The translations under genes and the position numbers were made by a program. The notes under the pieces were generated by a model, which was given only the letters and a program-made list of their open reading frames with translations, was not told where the DNA came from and ran no database searches. Positions 40,075 through 50,304 of a stretch of 64,000 nucleotides of DNA are shown one piece after another (positions within the stretch are counted from its first letter, which is position 1; every line of letters begins with the position of its first letter). The DNA comes from Tannerella sp. (lineage in GTDB: Bacteria > Bacteroidota > Bacteroidia > Bacteroidales > Tannerellaceae): NCBI GenBank assembly GCA_031289275.1, contig JAITPV010000047.1, positions 13,321 to 77,320 of the forward strand, read 5' to 3'.

Positions 40075-42135
40075 TTATTTTTCGATCCGGATCCTGGCGT
40101 CAACGGCAATGATGCCTCTGTCGGTTGCCAACAAAGGGTTAATATCCAATTCCTTAATTTCTTCGGCAAAACGGAGCAACGCCGAAAGATGCACAATGAT
40201 TTTAGCAAATGAGTGCTCGTCAATACCTTTCTGACCACGTGTTCCCTTAAAAACATTGTATCCCCGCAGGGAACGAATCATGGATAAGGCCTCTTCCGTA
40301 GCAAGCGGCGCAAGCCCGGAAGCGACATCTTTGAATATTTCCACAAAAATTCCCCCTAAACCACACAGAACGATATGCCCGAATGTTTCTTCGTACTTGG
40401 CTCCGGCAAACAGTTCCATCCCGTTTAACATCGGCTGAACCATGACGGCCTGAGCATCCGGCAGATTCATCAACCGGTTAAATTCTATTTTCAAATGTTC
40501 CTTTGAACGGATATTTAACACCACTCCGCCGACATCAGACTTATGAACAGGGCCTACTACTTTGGCAACCACCGGATAATGTACCTTGTCTACGAAATCG
40601 CATATTTCGTTCCATTCTTTGGATACCAATTCGTCCACCATCGGAATGCCGGTAGCTTTGAAGAGTTTCTGCACGGATTCAGGCGCAATATATCCCGACC
40701 CGGGAATGTTATCTATGATTCTACGAATCAGGGGAACATCTACTCCTTTCAATTCAAGGTTATTGGCCAAAGGATGCGGCGTTTTCAGCACTTTGGTGAG
40801 CGCTTCGGCCAAACCGACTTCGTCACTAAAATTCACATGCCCTCTTTTTACAAAAAAATCAGTTTCATCCCAAGCCGTACTTACAGAAGGAAGTATGGGG
40901 AAAATAGGTTTTGAACAGGCGCTCATTTTTTGATCCAAAACTTCGTAGGCTTCATACACTCTTGTAAGTCCCGGACTGCCGAATATGACGGCGATACCGT
41001 CGATATTCTCGTTTTCTTCACAAAAATCGATTGCAATAGCCAAATGTTCGGGGCCGCCGGTTCCAAGAATATCAATCGGATTGCTGACCGACGAACCGGG
41101 TAACAGTTTCCGTTTCAATGCTTCTGCTTCCGACGTTCCGGATAAGCGGGGAATGTCCATTCCTCCTTTTGATAACGCATCCGTCAAGATCACCGCCGGG
41201 CCGCCGGCATGTGTCACAATGGCTATATTTTTGCCTTTCAGTTCTTTTAATGTGAACACAGCCCCTGCGGTCGCTAATTCTTCCCGGCTGAAACAACGCA
41301 CGATACCGGCTTTGCGGAAAAGCGCCTCGACCGCCCAATCAGGGTTTGCCATCGCGCCGGTGTGAGAAGAGGCTGCACGACTCCCCGACTCGGACGTTCC
41401 CGATTTAATCGCAGCAATTTTACATCCCTTACGGATCAATGAACCGGTATGCTCTAATAACTTGTCGGGATTCTTAATACTTTCGATATAAAGCAGTTTT
41501 ATTTTTGAATCCGTCTCCGGATCAAAATGCTCATCCATATATTCAATAACGTCTTCAACCGTTATTTGCGCACTGTTACCGACCGACCATACGGAATTGA
41601 AACGCAAGCCCATCCGGATAGACGATTCCATGATAAAAATAGCAGTACCTCCCGAACTGGAAATCATATCCACTCCGAACGGATCCATATCGGGAATCGG
41701 AAGCGTAAACAAACTGTGGTGATACCTGTTCAGCATACCGATGCAATTAGGCCCGACCAGGCTTGCACCGGCATTACTGATGACTTCCGCGATCCGTTTT
41801 TCCAAAATACCTCCCGCTTCGGTCTCTTCTCCAAAACCGGCCGTGAACATGATAAAGGCTTTTACGCCTTTTTCCTGAGCCAAAATCGTGACCGTTTCCA
41901 GGCAGAGAGCCGCGGGAATGGAAATAATCGCTAAATCGGTCTGGGGTATCTCCGAGACATGATGATAACATTTTAGCCCTTGCACTTCTGTTTCCTTTGC
42001 ATTAACTACATATATATCACCTTTATATAATCCATTAAGAAGATTTCTCACACAATTTCCCCCGGGCTTGGATGTCTTGTTGGATCCACCGACAACCACA
42101 ATGCTCCTCGGGTTTATTAATTCCTGGTTAATCAT
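40075..42135 (-). CDS. Acetate--CoA ligase (ADP-forming) family, fused alpha/beta
   Basis: CoA-binding domain, GPNCIG, SSHTGA, NPIDI, HKSDVGGV, ELDINPL. Confidence 0.92.
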   Translation of the reverse strand: MINQELINPRSIVVVGGSNKTSKPGGNCVRNLLNGLYKGDIYVVNAKETEVQGLKCYHHVSEIPQTDLAIISIPAALCLETVTILAQEKGVKAFIMFTAGFGEETEAGGILEKRIAEVISNAGASLVGPNCIGMLNRYHHSLFTLPIPDMDPFGVDMISSSGGTAIFIMESSIRMGLRFNSVWSVGNSAQITVEDVIEYMDEHFDPETDSKIKLLYIESIKNPDKLLEHTGSLIRKGCKIAAIKSGTSESGSRAASSHTGAMANPDWAVEALFRKAGIVRCFSREELATAGAVFTLKELKGKNIAIVTHAGGPAVILTDALSKGGMDIPRLSGTSEAEALKRKLLPGSSVSNPIDILGTGGPEHLAIAIDFCEENENIDGIAVIFGSPGLTRVYEAYEVLDQKMSACSKPIFPILPSVSTAWDETDFFVKRGHVNFSDEVGLAEALTKVLKTPHPLANNLELKGVDVPLIRRIIDNIPGSGYIAPESVQKLFKATGIPMVDELVSKEWNEICDFVDKVHYPVVAKVVGPVHKSDVGGVVLNIRSKEHLKIEFNRLMNLPDAQAVMVQPMLNGMELFAGAKYEETFGHIVLCGLGGIFVEIFKDVASGLAPLATEEALSMIRSLRGYNVFKGTRGQKGIDEHSFAKIIVHLSALLRFAEEIKELDINPLLATDRGIIAVDARIRIEK

Positions 42136-42216
42136 ATTATTCTTTTTTTGATTGGAGGGGTAAATATAAGAAAAACGCTGAGATTATACAACATCAGCGC
42201 TTCATAAATTCAAATT

Positions 42217-43095
42217 CTATTCGATCACTCCGATTTCGCGGAACCAGTCTTCCGCCCGATCCGGCCAGCTATTAACAACCGCTCCCGTATCGCGCATCCC
42301 ATAGCCATGCCCGCCCTTACTATACAAGTGCATCCACGCCGGCACGCCGGCTTCTTTCAACGCATAATAGTAGAACAGGCTACTGTTGATATAAGGCCGG
42401 TCGTCTTCCGACTGGATCAGCATGGTCGGAGGTGTTTTAGGAGATACCTGAATTTCCGGGGACAGTTGAAAATTTTCCCCATCCAGATAGGCCGGATAAA
42501 CCAACAGGCAGAAATTAGGACGACAACTCGCCTTATCAATTTTTTCCACCAACGGATAGGTGCGTTTGTTAAATGAGTTACAGGCCATGACAGACAAATG
42601 TGCACCCGCAGAAAAGCCCATTACTCCGATCCTGTCCGGATCAATATTCAAGTAATTCGCATTTACGCGGATGTAACTGATCGCCCGTTGTATGTCCTGT
42701 AACGGCGCCTCATGTTTTTCTTTTCCTTCCCGTCGCGGAACCCTGTATTTCAGCAGAAAAGCTGTAATGCCCAATTCATTCAGCCAAAGACAGACTTCGT
42801 CTCCTTCCAGGTCATAGGCCAACATATTATATCCGCCTCCGGGACAAACAATCATGGCCGACCCATTCGCCAATTCTTCGGAAGCTTCGTATATGGTGAT
42901 GGTCGGTTCATTAACGTCCGCGATACGAAGTACGGTTTCATTGGCCACCCGGTTACCGTCTCTATCGGCTTTTTCTTCCATTACGCCTGTTTCGCCCGGA
43001 ACACCCTCCGGAAACAATTTTATAATCCGTTCCTGCGCCACAGTCGTAAAAAACAACATCTTGATACTGAAGAATATAAAAACAACTTTCTTCAT
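42217..43095 (-). CDS. Alpha/beta hydrolase (carbohydrate esterase-like)
   Basis: CPGGGY, KYRVP, GFSAGAH, GGHGYG. Confidence 0.88.
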   Translation of the reverse strand: MKKVVFIFFSIKMLFFTTVAQERIIKLFPEGVPGETGVMEEKADRDGNRVANETVLRIADVNEPTITIYEASEELANGSAMIVCPGGGYNMLAYDLEGDEVCLWLNELGITAFLLKYRVPRREGKEKHEAPLQDIQRAISYIRVNANYLNIDPDRIGVMGFSAGAHLSVMACNSFNKRTYPLVEKIDKASCRPNFCLLVYPAYLDGENFQLSPEIQVSPKTPPTMLIQSEDDRPYINSSLFYYYALKEAGVPAWMHLYSKGGHGYGMRDTGAVVNSWPDRAEDWFREIGVIE

Positions 43096-43174
43096 CGTTT
43101 ATACGTTATCATTTATAGGTAATCATACGACAAAACTACAAAAATAAAGCAAAAGAAAAATGATCTCTCTTGCC

Positions 43175-44746
43175 TTATTTCAGTTCTTTTTCTTCCTGCA
43201 TATCCAATTCATTTTTCTCGGGATCAAAAAATTTATATTCCATAAAGGCCAAACTTTGATCGGGGATAACCTTCATCCGGGTAGAATACTTTGCTTTCCA
43301 TCGCATTCCCAAGGAAAACAACCCTTTATTAATGTACGCCGCGACATAAGGATGTACATGCAGGGTGAATTGCTTTACATTATGTTTATTTACCAGACAA
43401 TCAATTTTTCCTTCCAGACTGTCGGTAAACAGAACAGATGATTTCACAACGCCTGTTCCGAAACAGGAAGGGCAACTTTCCGACGTTTGCACATCCAGAA
43501 TCGGACGAACCCGTTGGCGGGTAATTTGCATCAGACAGAATTTGCTGAGAGGAAGGATATTATGTTTGGCGCGATCATTCGACATCGCTTTATTCATGTG
43601 CTCAAAAAGCTGTTGTCGATTAGTCGCTTCCGCCAAATCTATGAAATCAACCACAATGATCCCTCCCATATCGCGCAAACGCAACTGACGGGCAATCTCT
43701 TCCACTGCGGCAAGATTCACCTCATAGGCGGTCTTTTCCTGTTCCGTACTACCTTTCATGCGATTTCCGCTGTTCACATCAATCACGTGCATCGCCTCGG
43801 TATGTTCGATAATCAGGTAGGCGCCGCCTTTATACGTTACCGTACGGCTGAAAAGGGATTTGATTTGCTTCGTAATACCAAACTTATCAAATATCGGGAA
43901 CTCGTCGGTATATAACCTTACGATATTCTTTTGCTCCGGCGCAATCAGGTTTACGTAATCATAAACGCTGTTATATACATCCCGGTCATTTATATATATA
44001 TGTTGGAACGAGGCATTGAAAATATCCCGTAAAAGCGCTACAATACGCGCCGTTTCTTCATAAACAACTGCAGGAGCCTTCAGTTTCGGCACTTTGAAGA
44101 GGTTGTCTTCCATGCGCTTCACCAAGGTTTTAAGTTCGCCGTCCAACTCGGCAACCCGTTTTCCTTCAGCAGATGTTCGCACAATCACACTGACATTCTT
44201 CGGCTTCACACTCTGTATCAACTGACGCAAACGCGCACGTTCTTCATTTGACTTGATCTTGGTTGAAACCGAGATTTTATCTGAAAACGGAATCAAAACC
44301 AAAAAACGTCCGGCAAACGAAAGTTCGGCGGTCAGGCGAGGCCCTTTAGTTGAAATCGGCTCTTTGGCAATCTGCACAAGTATCTCCTGCCCTACAGTCA
44401 AGATATTACTGATGCTCCCTTCTTTTTCTATTTCATTCAATATCTGCAATTTGGATATTGATGGCCGTTTTTTCGCCTCGTCTTTCAGTTGTTTCAAATA
44501 TTTCTGTTGCGTATTAAAACTGGAGCCTAAATCCTGATAATGGAGAAAGGCTTCTTTTTTACAACCAACATCTACAAATGCCGCATTTAATCCCGGAAGT
44601 AACTTTTTTACCCTTCCAAGATAAATATTACCTACGGCAAAAGAATCACTCCGGGCTTCTTTTTGAAACTCCACCAGACTCTTATCTTCCAGTACTGCTA
44701 TCGAGATTTCCTTCGGCTTTACATCTACGACTAATTCACTTATCAC
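43175..44746 (-). CDS. rng: Rne/Rng family ribonuclease
   Basis: S1 domain AAFVDVG, KEPISTKGPRLT, IDVNSG, RLRDMGGIIVVDFID, CPSC. Confidence 0.93.
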   Translation of the reverse strand: MISELVVDVKPKEISIAVLEDKSLVEFQKEARSDSFAVGNIYLGRVKKLLPGLNAAFVDVGCKKEAFLHYQDLGSSFNTQQKYLKQLKDEAKKRPSISKLQILNEIEKEGSISNILTVGQEILVQIAKEPISTKGPRLTAELSFAGRFLVLIPFSDKISVSTKIKSNEERARLRQLIQSVKPKNVSVIVRTSAEGKRVAELDGELKTLVKRMEDNLFKVPKLKAPAVVYEETARIVALLRDIFNASFQHIYINDRDVYNSVYDYVNLIAPEQKNIVRLYTDEFPIFDKFGITKQIKSLFSRTVTYKGGAYLIIEHTEAMHVIDVNSGNRMKGSTEQEKTAYEVNLAAVEEIARQLRLRDMGGIIVVDFIDLAEATNRQQLFEHMNKAMSNDRAKHNILPLSKFCLMQITRQRVRPILDVQTSESCPSCFGTGVVKSSVLFTDSLEGKIDCLVNKHNVKQFTLHVHPYVAAYINKGLFSLGMRWKAKYSTRMKVIPDQSLAFMEYKFFDPEKNELDMQEEKELK

Positions 44747-44828
44747 AACTGACTATTTTCTTATGTATTAAACAAAAGAACAAACTTAAAAACTCTCATT
44801 AAGTTTGTTCTTTATCGCTCACCAAGAC

Positions 44829-44918
44829 TTACTTTTTCTTATGTCTATTTTTCTTAAGTCTCTTTTTACGCTTGTGCGTAGACATTTTGTGTCTTTTTCT
44901 TTTTTTACCGCTGGGCAT
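44829..44918 (-). CDS. Small basic ribosomal protein bS22 (mS38/COX24-like)
   Basis: Manual translation MPSGKKRKRHKMSTHKRKKRLKKNRHKKK; lies between HU and rng. Confidence 0.88.
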   Translation of the reverse strand: MPSGKKRKRHKMSTHKRKKRLKKNRHKKK

Positions 44919-44951
44919 AAACTTCAAATTTTAAATTAAACCGTTTGATTA

Positions 44952-45230
44952 TTACTTTTTAGCCACGCTGTTCAAGAAAATCTTGGCGGGTTTGAACGAC
45001 GGAATGTTATGTTCCGGAATAATAATCGTTGTGTTCTTCGAAATGTTACGCGCGGTTTTTTGAGCTCGTGTTTTAACCACAAAACTACCAAAGCCTCTCA
45101 GATACACATTTTCATCACTCGATAAAGTACTCTTTATCACACTCATAAAAGATTCTACAGTTGCCAAAACACTATTTTTGTCAATACCTGTACTCTTTGC
45201 AATTTCACTAACAATGTCTGCTTTTGTCAT
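44952..45230 (-). CDS. HU/IHF family DNA-binding protein
   Basis: MTKADIV, VYLRGFGSF, ARNISKN, PSFKP. Confidence 0.95.
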   Translation of the reverse strand: MTKADIVSEIAKSTGIDKNSVLATVESFMSVIKSTLSSDENVYLRGFGSFVVKTRAQKTARNISKNTTIIIPEHNIPSFKPAKIFLNSVAKK

Positions 45231-45391
45231 GTCCTAAACTATTTAAATGAATAAAATTCTAATTTTTTGGATTGCAAATATATAGTAATTATTTCAATAA
45301 TGCCACTTTTTTTCCCGAAAAAGTAGTTTTATTTTTCGCAATATATCCGTATGTTTGTATCGAAAACCGATAAAAATGAGTATAAATAATT

Positions 45392-46462
45392 ATGAATCAA
45401 ACAAATAAAAAATTCGGAGAGAGCGAAATTTTTTTTTCGTGGTACGAAAAAAATAAGCGTGATTTACCTTGGCGCAACACAAAAAATCCCTACCGGATAT
45501 GGATTTCGGAGATCATTCTCCAGCAAACTCGCGTCGTTCAAGGCATGGAATATTACCTGCGATTCCTGCAACGATTTCCGGATGTGAAAAGTCTTGCCGA
45601 GGCAACGCAGGAGGTGGTATTGAAATATTGGCAGGGATTGGGATACTATTCACGCGCCCGTAATTTGCACGAAGCGGCTCAAGACATCCAAACCCGCTTC
45701 CAAGGCATATTTCCTCAACAATACGAGGACATCCTCTCCCTAAAAGGCATCGGCGAGTATACGGCGGCCGCCATTGCTTCTTTTGCCTGGAATCAACCCT
45801 ATCCGGTTGTTGACGGAAACGTTTTCCGGGTTTTGGGACGGCTTTATGCCATCCAAACCCCTATTGATTCGGGTGAAGGAAAAAAACAATACACGGAACT
45901 GGCACGTCTGATCATGAATCCCGAAATGGCTGGGTTACATAACCAAGCCGTCATGGAATTTGGCGCATTGCAATGTGTTCCGTCAAATCCCGAATGTAAC
46001 CAATGTCCGTTCATAAATCAATGTATGGGCTATGCCACCGGAAATCCGCAGTTGTTTCCCGTCAAACAACACAAGACAAAAACACGCGACCGGTATTTCC
46101 ATTATTTCTACGTTATATATAATGAATATACTTACCTGTACTGCCGTACCAAAAACGATATTTGGAAAGGATTATTCGAACTTCCGCTGATAGAAACGGA
46201 GCGCTCGGTGGATTTTGCCGAATTGAAAGAGTTGCCGGCTTTCAAAAAACTGTTCCAAGATACCGGCCAACCGGTACTGTCGGTTGACGAAAGCGGCATC
46301 AAGCATGTACTGTCACATCAGATTCTACATGTTACCTTTTACAAAGTGGAGATTCAAACGGAAAACGCCGCCCTGAAAAAATATCTCAAACTACCGGAAG
46401 ATTCATTAGACAGCTATCCTGTTTCAGCGCTGATACATAAGTATTTATCGAAAGTCGATTAA
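45392..46462 (+). CDS. mutY: A/G-specific adenine glycosylase
   Basis: RDLPWR, SEIILQQT, WQGLGYYSRARN, VDGNV, FeS cluster motif C-x6-C-x2-C-x5-C. Confidence 0.96.
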   Translation: MNQTNKKFGESEIFFSWYEKNKRDLPWRNTKNPYRIWISEIILQQTRVVQGMEYYLRFLQRFPDVKSLAEATQEVVLKYWQGLGYYSRARNLHEAAQDIQTRFQGIFPQQYEDILSLKGIGEYTAAAIASFAWNQPYPVVDGNVFRVLGRLYAIQTPIDSGEGKKQYTELARLIMNPEMAGLHNQAVMEFGALQCVPSNPECNQCPFINQCMGYATGNPQLFPVKQHKTKTRDRYFHYFYVIYNEYTYLYCRTKNDIWKGLFELPLIETERSVDFAELKELPAFKKLFQDTGQPVLSVDESGIKHVLSHQILHVTFYKVEIQTENAALKKYLKLPEDSLDSYPVSALIHKYLSKVD

Positions 46463-46559
46463 AATAATATCTACACACATTCATTTTTTAACAAAACCAT
46501 TCGGAAATATCGAGAAAAAATCCATATGTTTGTAATGTAAACTATAAACAGATTCATTT

Positions 46560-47012
46560 ATGTCATTGAACAAAGTTATTTTAATAGGAAATGTGGGGAA
46601 AGACCCCGTTATCAGGTATTTCGACAGTGGAAATGCAGTTGCTAACTTCCCGGTAGCGACATCAGAAAGAGGTTACACGTTAGCCAATGGAACCGAAGTT
46701 CCCGAACGGACAGAGTGGCACAATATCGTTGTAAACCGCGACCGTGTCCAATTCGTGGAGAAATATGTCAAAAAAGGGTCGGGAGTCTATGTGGAAGGAA
46801 AAATCCGCTCCCGCAACTATGATGACCAAAGTGGTGTAAAGCGCTACATAACGGAAATCTATGCCGACCGGGTTGAATTTTATTCTCTCGGCAGAAGGCC
46901 GGATGCTACAGACGATAACGGTACGCCTGCCGCCGTACCGCAGCAATCAAACCCGCCTGCGACGACAGAACCGCCGGCAGTATCAGATAGTGCAGACGAT
47001 TTGCCGTTCTAA
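46560..47012 (+). CDS. ssb: Single-stranded DNA-binding protein
   Basis: LNKVILIGNVGKDP, TEWHN, C-terminal DDLPF. Confidence 0.97.
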   Translation: MSLNKVILIGNVGKDPVIRYFDSGNAVANFPVATSERGYTLANGTEVPERTEWHNIVVNRDRVQFVEKYVKKGSGVYVEGKIRSRNYDDQSGVKRYITEIYADRVEFYSLGRRPDATDDNGTPAAVPQQSNPPATTEPPAVSDSADDLPF

Positions 47013-47037
47013 GAGTGTTAACTAACAGTATCAATCT

Positions 47038-48909
47038 TTGGATTCTGACGATTCTTTTCCGGGCTTGTTTATTCAACCCGTTTTTCACGAGCAGGTGATA
47101 AGTGCGGTTATTTCATTTGTTGGCGTCATCATTCTGCTTTCACTCTCCTGCCTGTTAGCGTCGGCAGAAAGGGCGTTGTTTTCCCTTTCTGCCGACGAAA
47201 TGAGTGACATCGGGGAAGAACATTCCATGAGAGACCGTTTTATCAGGCAACTGCTGGATCGGCCGCAACAAACTTTTTTTGCCGTTGCTATGGCTCGTTC
47301 GATCCTTCATATCCTGTGTATTGCATTGGGAATCCATGGCGTTTGTTCCATATCCGGACAAGCGGCAAATACGGTGTCCTATGGGGCAATGATCGCCGGA
47401 TGGATGGTTTTACGATATATTTCCGGCGGACTGATCCCCAAATTCATTGTGCGGAACAGAGTTTTGCGCGTCACACAGCAAGCCGCACCCTACCTTAAAG
47501 CGATTGATTGGATGCTCCGGCCAATAACCAAAACGATTACCTCTCCCGGGTTCGTTGTTTATAGCAAGAAAAAAACTTCCGCAAACGAATCGGCGATGAT
47601 TTCCAAAGATCCGATTGACGAAAAGGAAATGTTTGACGAAATCGTTCATTTCTACAACAAACGGGCGGATGAAATCATGATTCCCCGGTTGGATATGGAA
47701 ACGGTTAACATCAAATGCGGCTTTAGAGAACTGATGGAAATTATTATCCGGACAGGCTTTTCCCGTATTCCGGTATACAAAGAAACGGAAGATAATATCA
47801 ATGGCATTTTATACGTAAAAGACCTGCTTCCGGCCATTGAAAATCCGGACACCTTCCAATGGCAACGCCTGATACGACCGGCGTATTTCGTTCCCGAAAC
47901 AAAGAAAATTGATGACCTGCTGGAAGAATTTCGGTCAAACAAAGTACATATTGCCATTGTGGTAGACGAGTTTGGATGCACTTCCGGACTGGTAACCATG
48001 GAAGACATTATCGAAGAAATTGTAGGTGAAATATCCGATGAATACGACAATGACGAGAAACTGTTTTTTACGTTGCCGGACGGAAGTTATATCTTTGAAG
48101 GAAAAATCCAATTGAATGATTTCTTCCGCGAAACAGACATCACCCCCGACGAATTTGGAAAAATGACGGAAGAAGTCGAAACCCTTGCCGGTCTTTTATT
48201 AAAAATAAAAGGAACGCTCCCCCGTCGAAAAGAAATCATTGATTATAAAAATTACCGCTTCCGGATATTAGAAGCCAATGAACGCCGGGTATTAAAAATC
48301 AAATTCAGTATCATTGAAGCGCCTGAGAAAAAAAAAAGAGCAACCATACGTCCCCTGATCGGGATGCTCCTCATGGGGTTATCCATATCATGCGCTGAGT
48401 ATACGCCCAAACCTCGCGGATTCTATCGCATAGAAATTCCGGAAGCGCCATATACGTTTTTCTCATTAACTGATTTACCCTATTCCTTCATGGTTTCCCA
48501 ATTAGCTACCATAGAGTTGCCTCCGGCAGAAGCGCCGGAAGGATGGATCAATCTTTCGTACGAAACGTTGAACGCCAAACTCTATTGCAGTTATCAAAAA
48601 ATCAGCCCGGAAACACTCCCTACTGTCGCCGGAGAATGTCGAGAGCTACTCCTGCGCAGCGTAAAAAATGCCAATGCCATTACGGAACAAAACTATGAAG
48701 ACGCGGACAGCCGCCTGTATGGAACGCTGTTCCGAATGGATGGCGAATCGCCCTCGCCTATCCAGTTTATGCTGACGGACAGCGTCAACCATTTTTTTCG
48801 CGGCGCACTATATTATCAATGTAAAGTGAACACCGATTCGTTGACACCCGTAACCCGTTACTTGGGAGAAGAGGTCGTCGAACTGATCCAAACCTTTCAA
48901 TGGAAATAA
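47038..48909 (+). CDS. GldE (CNNM/CBS/CorC) in frame with a GldD-like lipoprotein domain
   Basis: FSRIPVY, VDEFG.TSGLVTMEDIIEEIVGEI and CorC domain, then ISC.EYTPKPRG...PIQF.LTDS..HF.RGALY. Confidence 0.8.
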   Translation: MDSDDSFPGLFIQPVFHEQVISAVISFVGVIILLSLSCLLASAERALFSLSADEMSDIGEEHSMRDRFIRQLLDRPQQTFFAVAMARSILHILCIALGIHGVCSISGQAANTVSYGAMIAGWMVLRYISGGLIPKFIVRNRVLRVTQQAAPYLKAIDWMLRPITKTITSPGFVVYSKKKTSANESAMISKDPIDEKEMFDEIVHFYNKRADEIMIPRLDMETVNIKCGFRELMEIIIRTGFSRIPVYKETEDNINGILYVKDLLPAIENPDTFQWQRLIRPAYFVPETKKIDDLLEEFRSNKVHIAIVVDEFGCTSGLVTMEDIIEEIVGEISDEYDNDEKLFFTLPDGSYIFEGKIQLNDFFRETDITPDEFGKMTEEVETLAGLLLKIKGTLPRRKEIIDYKNYRFRILEANERRVLKIKFSIIEAPEKKKRATIRPLIGMLLMGLSISCAEYTPKPRGFYRIEIPEAPYTFFSLTDLPYSFMVSQLATIELPPAEAPEGWINLSYETLNAKLYCSYQKISPETLPTVAGECRELLLRSVKNANAITEQNYEDADSRLYGTLFRMDGESPSPIQFMLTDSVNHFFRGALYYQCKVNTDSLTPVTRYLGEEVVELIQTFQWK

Positions 48910-48915
48910 AGCGTT

Positions 48916-49539
48916 ATGCCCGTACTGCAAAAATACACCTCTCCATTGTGGGGCATATGGAAAATCGAAGAAAGCTGGGAGCAATTACTGCATCTGTCGG
49001 AACGACCGGACGAATACGTTCCGTTTTTAAACAGCATCCAGTCGGAAAACAGAAAAGCCGAATGGTTGGCCGTCCGGGTTCTGCTGGAAAGATTGACCGG
49101 CGCCTCGACAACGATTGCCTATCATGCCAGCGGCGCGCCATACCTGCCCGGTTCGCCGTATCATATCGGCATATCCCATACCAAAGGTTACGCGGCGGTA
49201 ATACTGGATCCCGTCAAGCCGGCCGGCATTGACATCGAATATCATTCGGAACGTATACGGAAACTGCAATCCCGTTTTTTGAACGAAACGGAATTGAATC
49301 TGTTGGACAAAAATCCCGAAACAAACGAATTGCTGGTTTGTTGGAGCGCCAAAGAGACGACTTTCAAAATGACGGGACAAAAAGCGGCCGACTGGCTGCG
49401 CGACATTCATATCACGACTATCGAAGGCTGCCGGGAAACCGGATTTCTGACCGTGCAGGAAACCTTGACGCCTCAAGCCGCCACATATCACATCCGCTAC
49501 GACACCACCCCCGATTTCGTGATTACACGTAGCCAATAA
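48916..49539 (+). CDS. 4'-phosphopantetheinyl transferase superfamily protein
   Basis: GAPYL, ISHT, GIDIE, WSAKE..FK. Confidence 0.9.
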   Translation: MPVLQKYTSPLWGIWKIEESWEQLLHLSERPDEYVPFLNSIQSENRKAEWLAVRVLLERLTGASTTIAYHASGAPYLPGSPYHIGISHTKGYAAVILDPVKPAGIDIEYHSERIRKLQSRFLNETELNLLDKNPETNELLVCWSAKETTFKMTGQKAADWLRDIHITTIEGCRETGFLTVQETLTPQAATYHIRYDTTPDFVITRSQ

Positions 49540-49633
49540 AGCGTATAGAAAATATAAGAAAACGAAAACAAACGCGATTCTTCAAAACTATCAGTAACTT
49601 TGTGTGATAATAATAACGCAAAACAGATGTCAC

Positions 49634-50278
49634 ATGAACACAAAAAAAACTTTTATTGCATTAGTAACCTGTCTTACTGCAATACATTTGCATGCACAAG
49701 AGTTACAGGTGATTAAATTAACGGCTCCGGACAAGACACGTGGCTCCGCAACGATGAAGGCTTTCTCCGACCGACATTCCGACCGGGAATTTAGCGCCCG
49801 GGAACTTAGTTTGCAAGACCTCTCCGATTTGCTTTGGGCAGCCAACGGCATCAATCGTGCAGACGGAAAACGTACCGCCCCCTCAGCGATGAACAAACAA
49901 GAAATAGATATCTATGCCATCCGTCCGGACGGGGCATACGTGTATGATGCGAAGGCACATGCCTTGAATCCGGTGGCTAAGGGTGACTACCGCGCGGCCG
50001 TTGCCGGAACGCAGGAGTTTGTCAAGTCCGCACCGGTAAGTTTTGTGATGGTCATCAATCTGGAAAAATTAGGCGATCCGGCTGTCGAGCAAACCCGGTT
50101 GATGGGAGCCGTTGATGCCGGGATTGTGTCGCAAAACATCAATCTCTTTTGTGCTGCCGTCGGACTTTCCACGGTTCCGCGTGCCTCGATGGATCAGGCC
50201 GAATTGCGCAACATCCTGAAATTAAGCCCTACGCAACTGCCACTGATGAATAACCCCGTAGGTTATCCTAAAAAATAA
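49634..50278 (+). CDS. Nitroreductase family (SagB/ThcOx-like) protein
   Basis: R.S.REF, LSDLLWAANG, RTAPSA, DAG.VSQN..L. Confidence 0.88.
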   Translation: MNTKKTFIALVTCLTAIHLHAQELQVIKLTAPDKTRGSATMKAFSDRHSDREFSARELSLQDLSDLLWAANGINRADGKRTAPSAMNKQEIDIYAIRPDGAYVYDAKAHALNPVAKGDYRAAVAGTQEFVKSAPVSFVMVINLEKLGDPAVEQTRLMGAVDAGIVSQNINLFCAAVGLSTVPRASMDQAELRNILKLSPTQLPLMNNPVGYPKK

Positions 50279-50304
50279 TCCGGAAGAAAAAAGACATCCC
50301 GACT

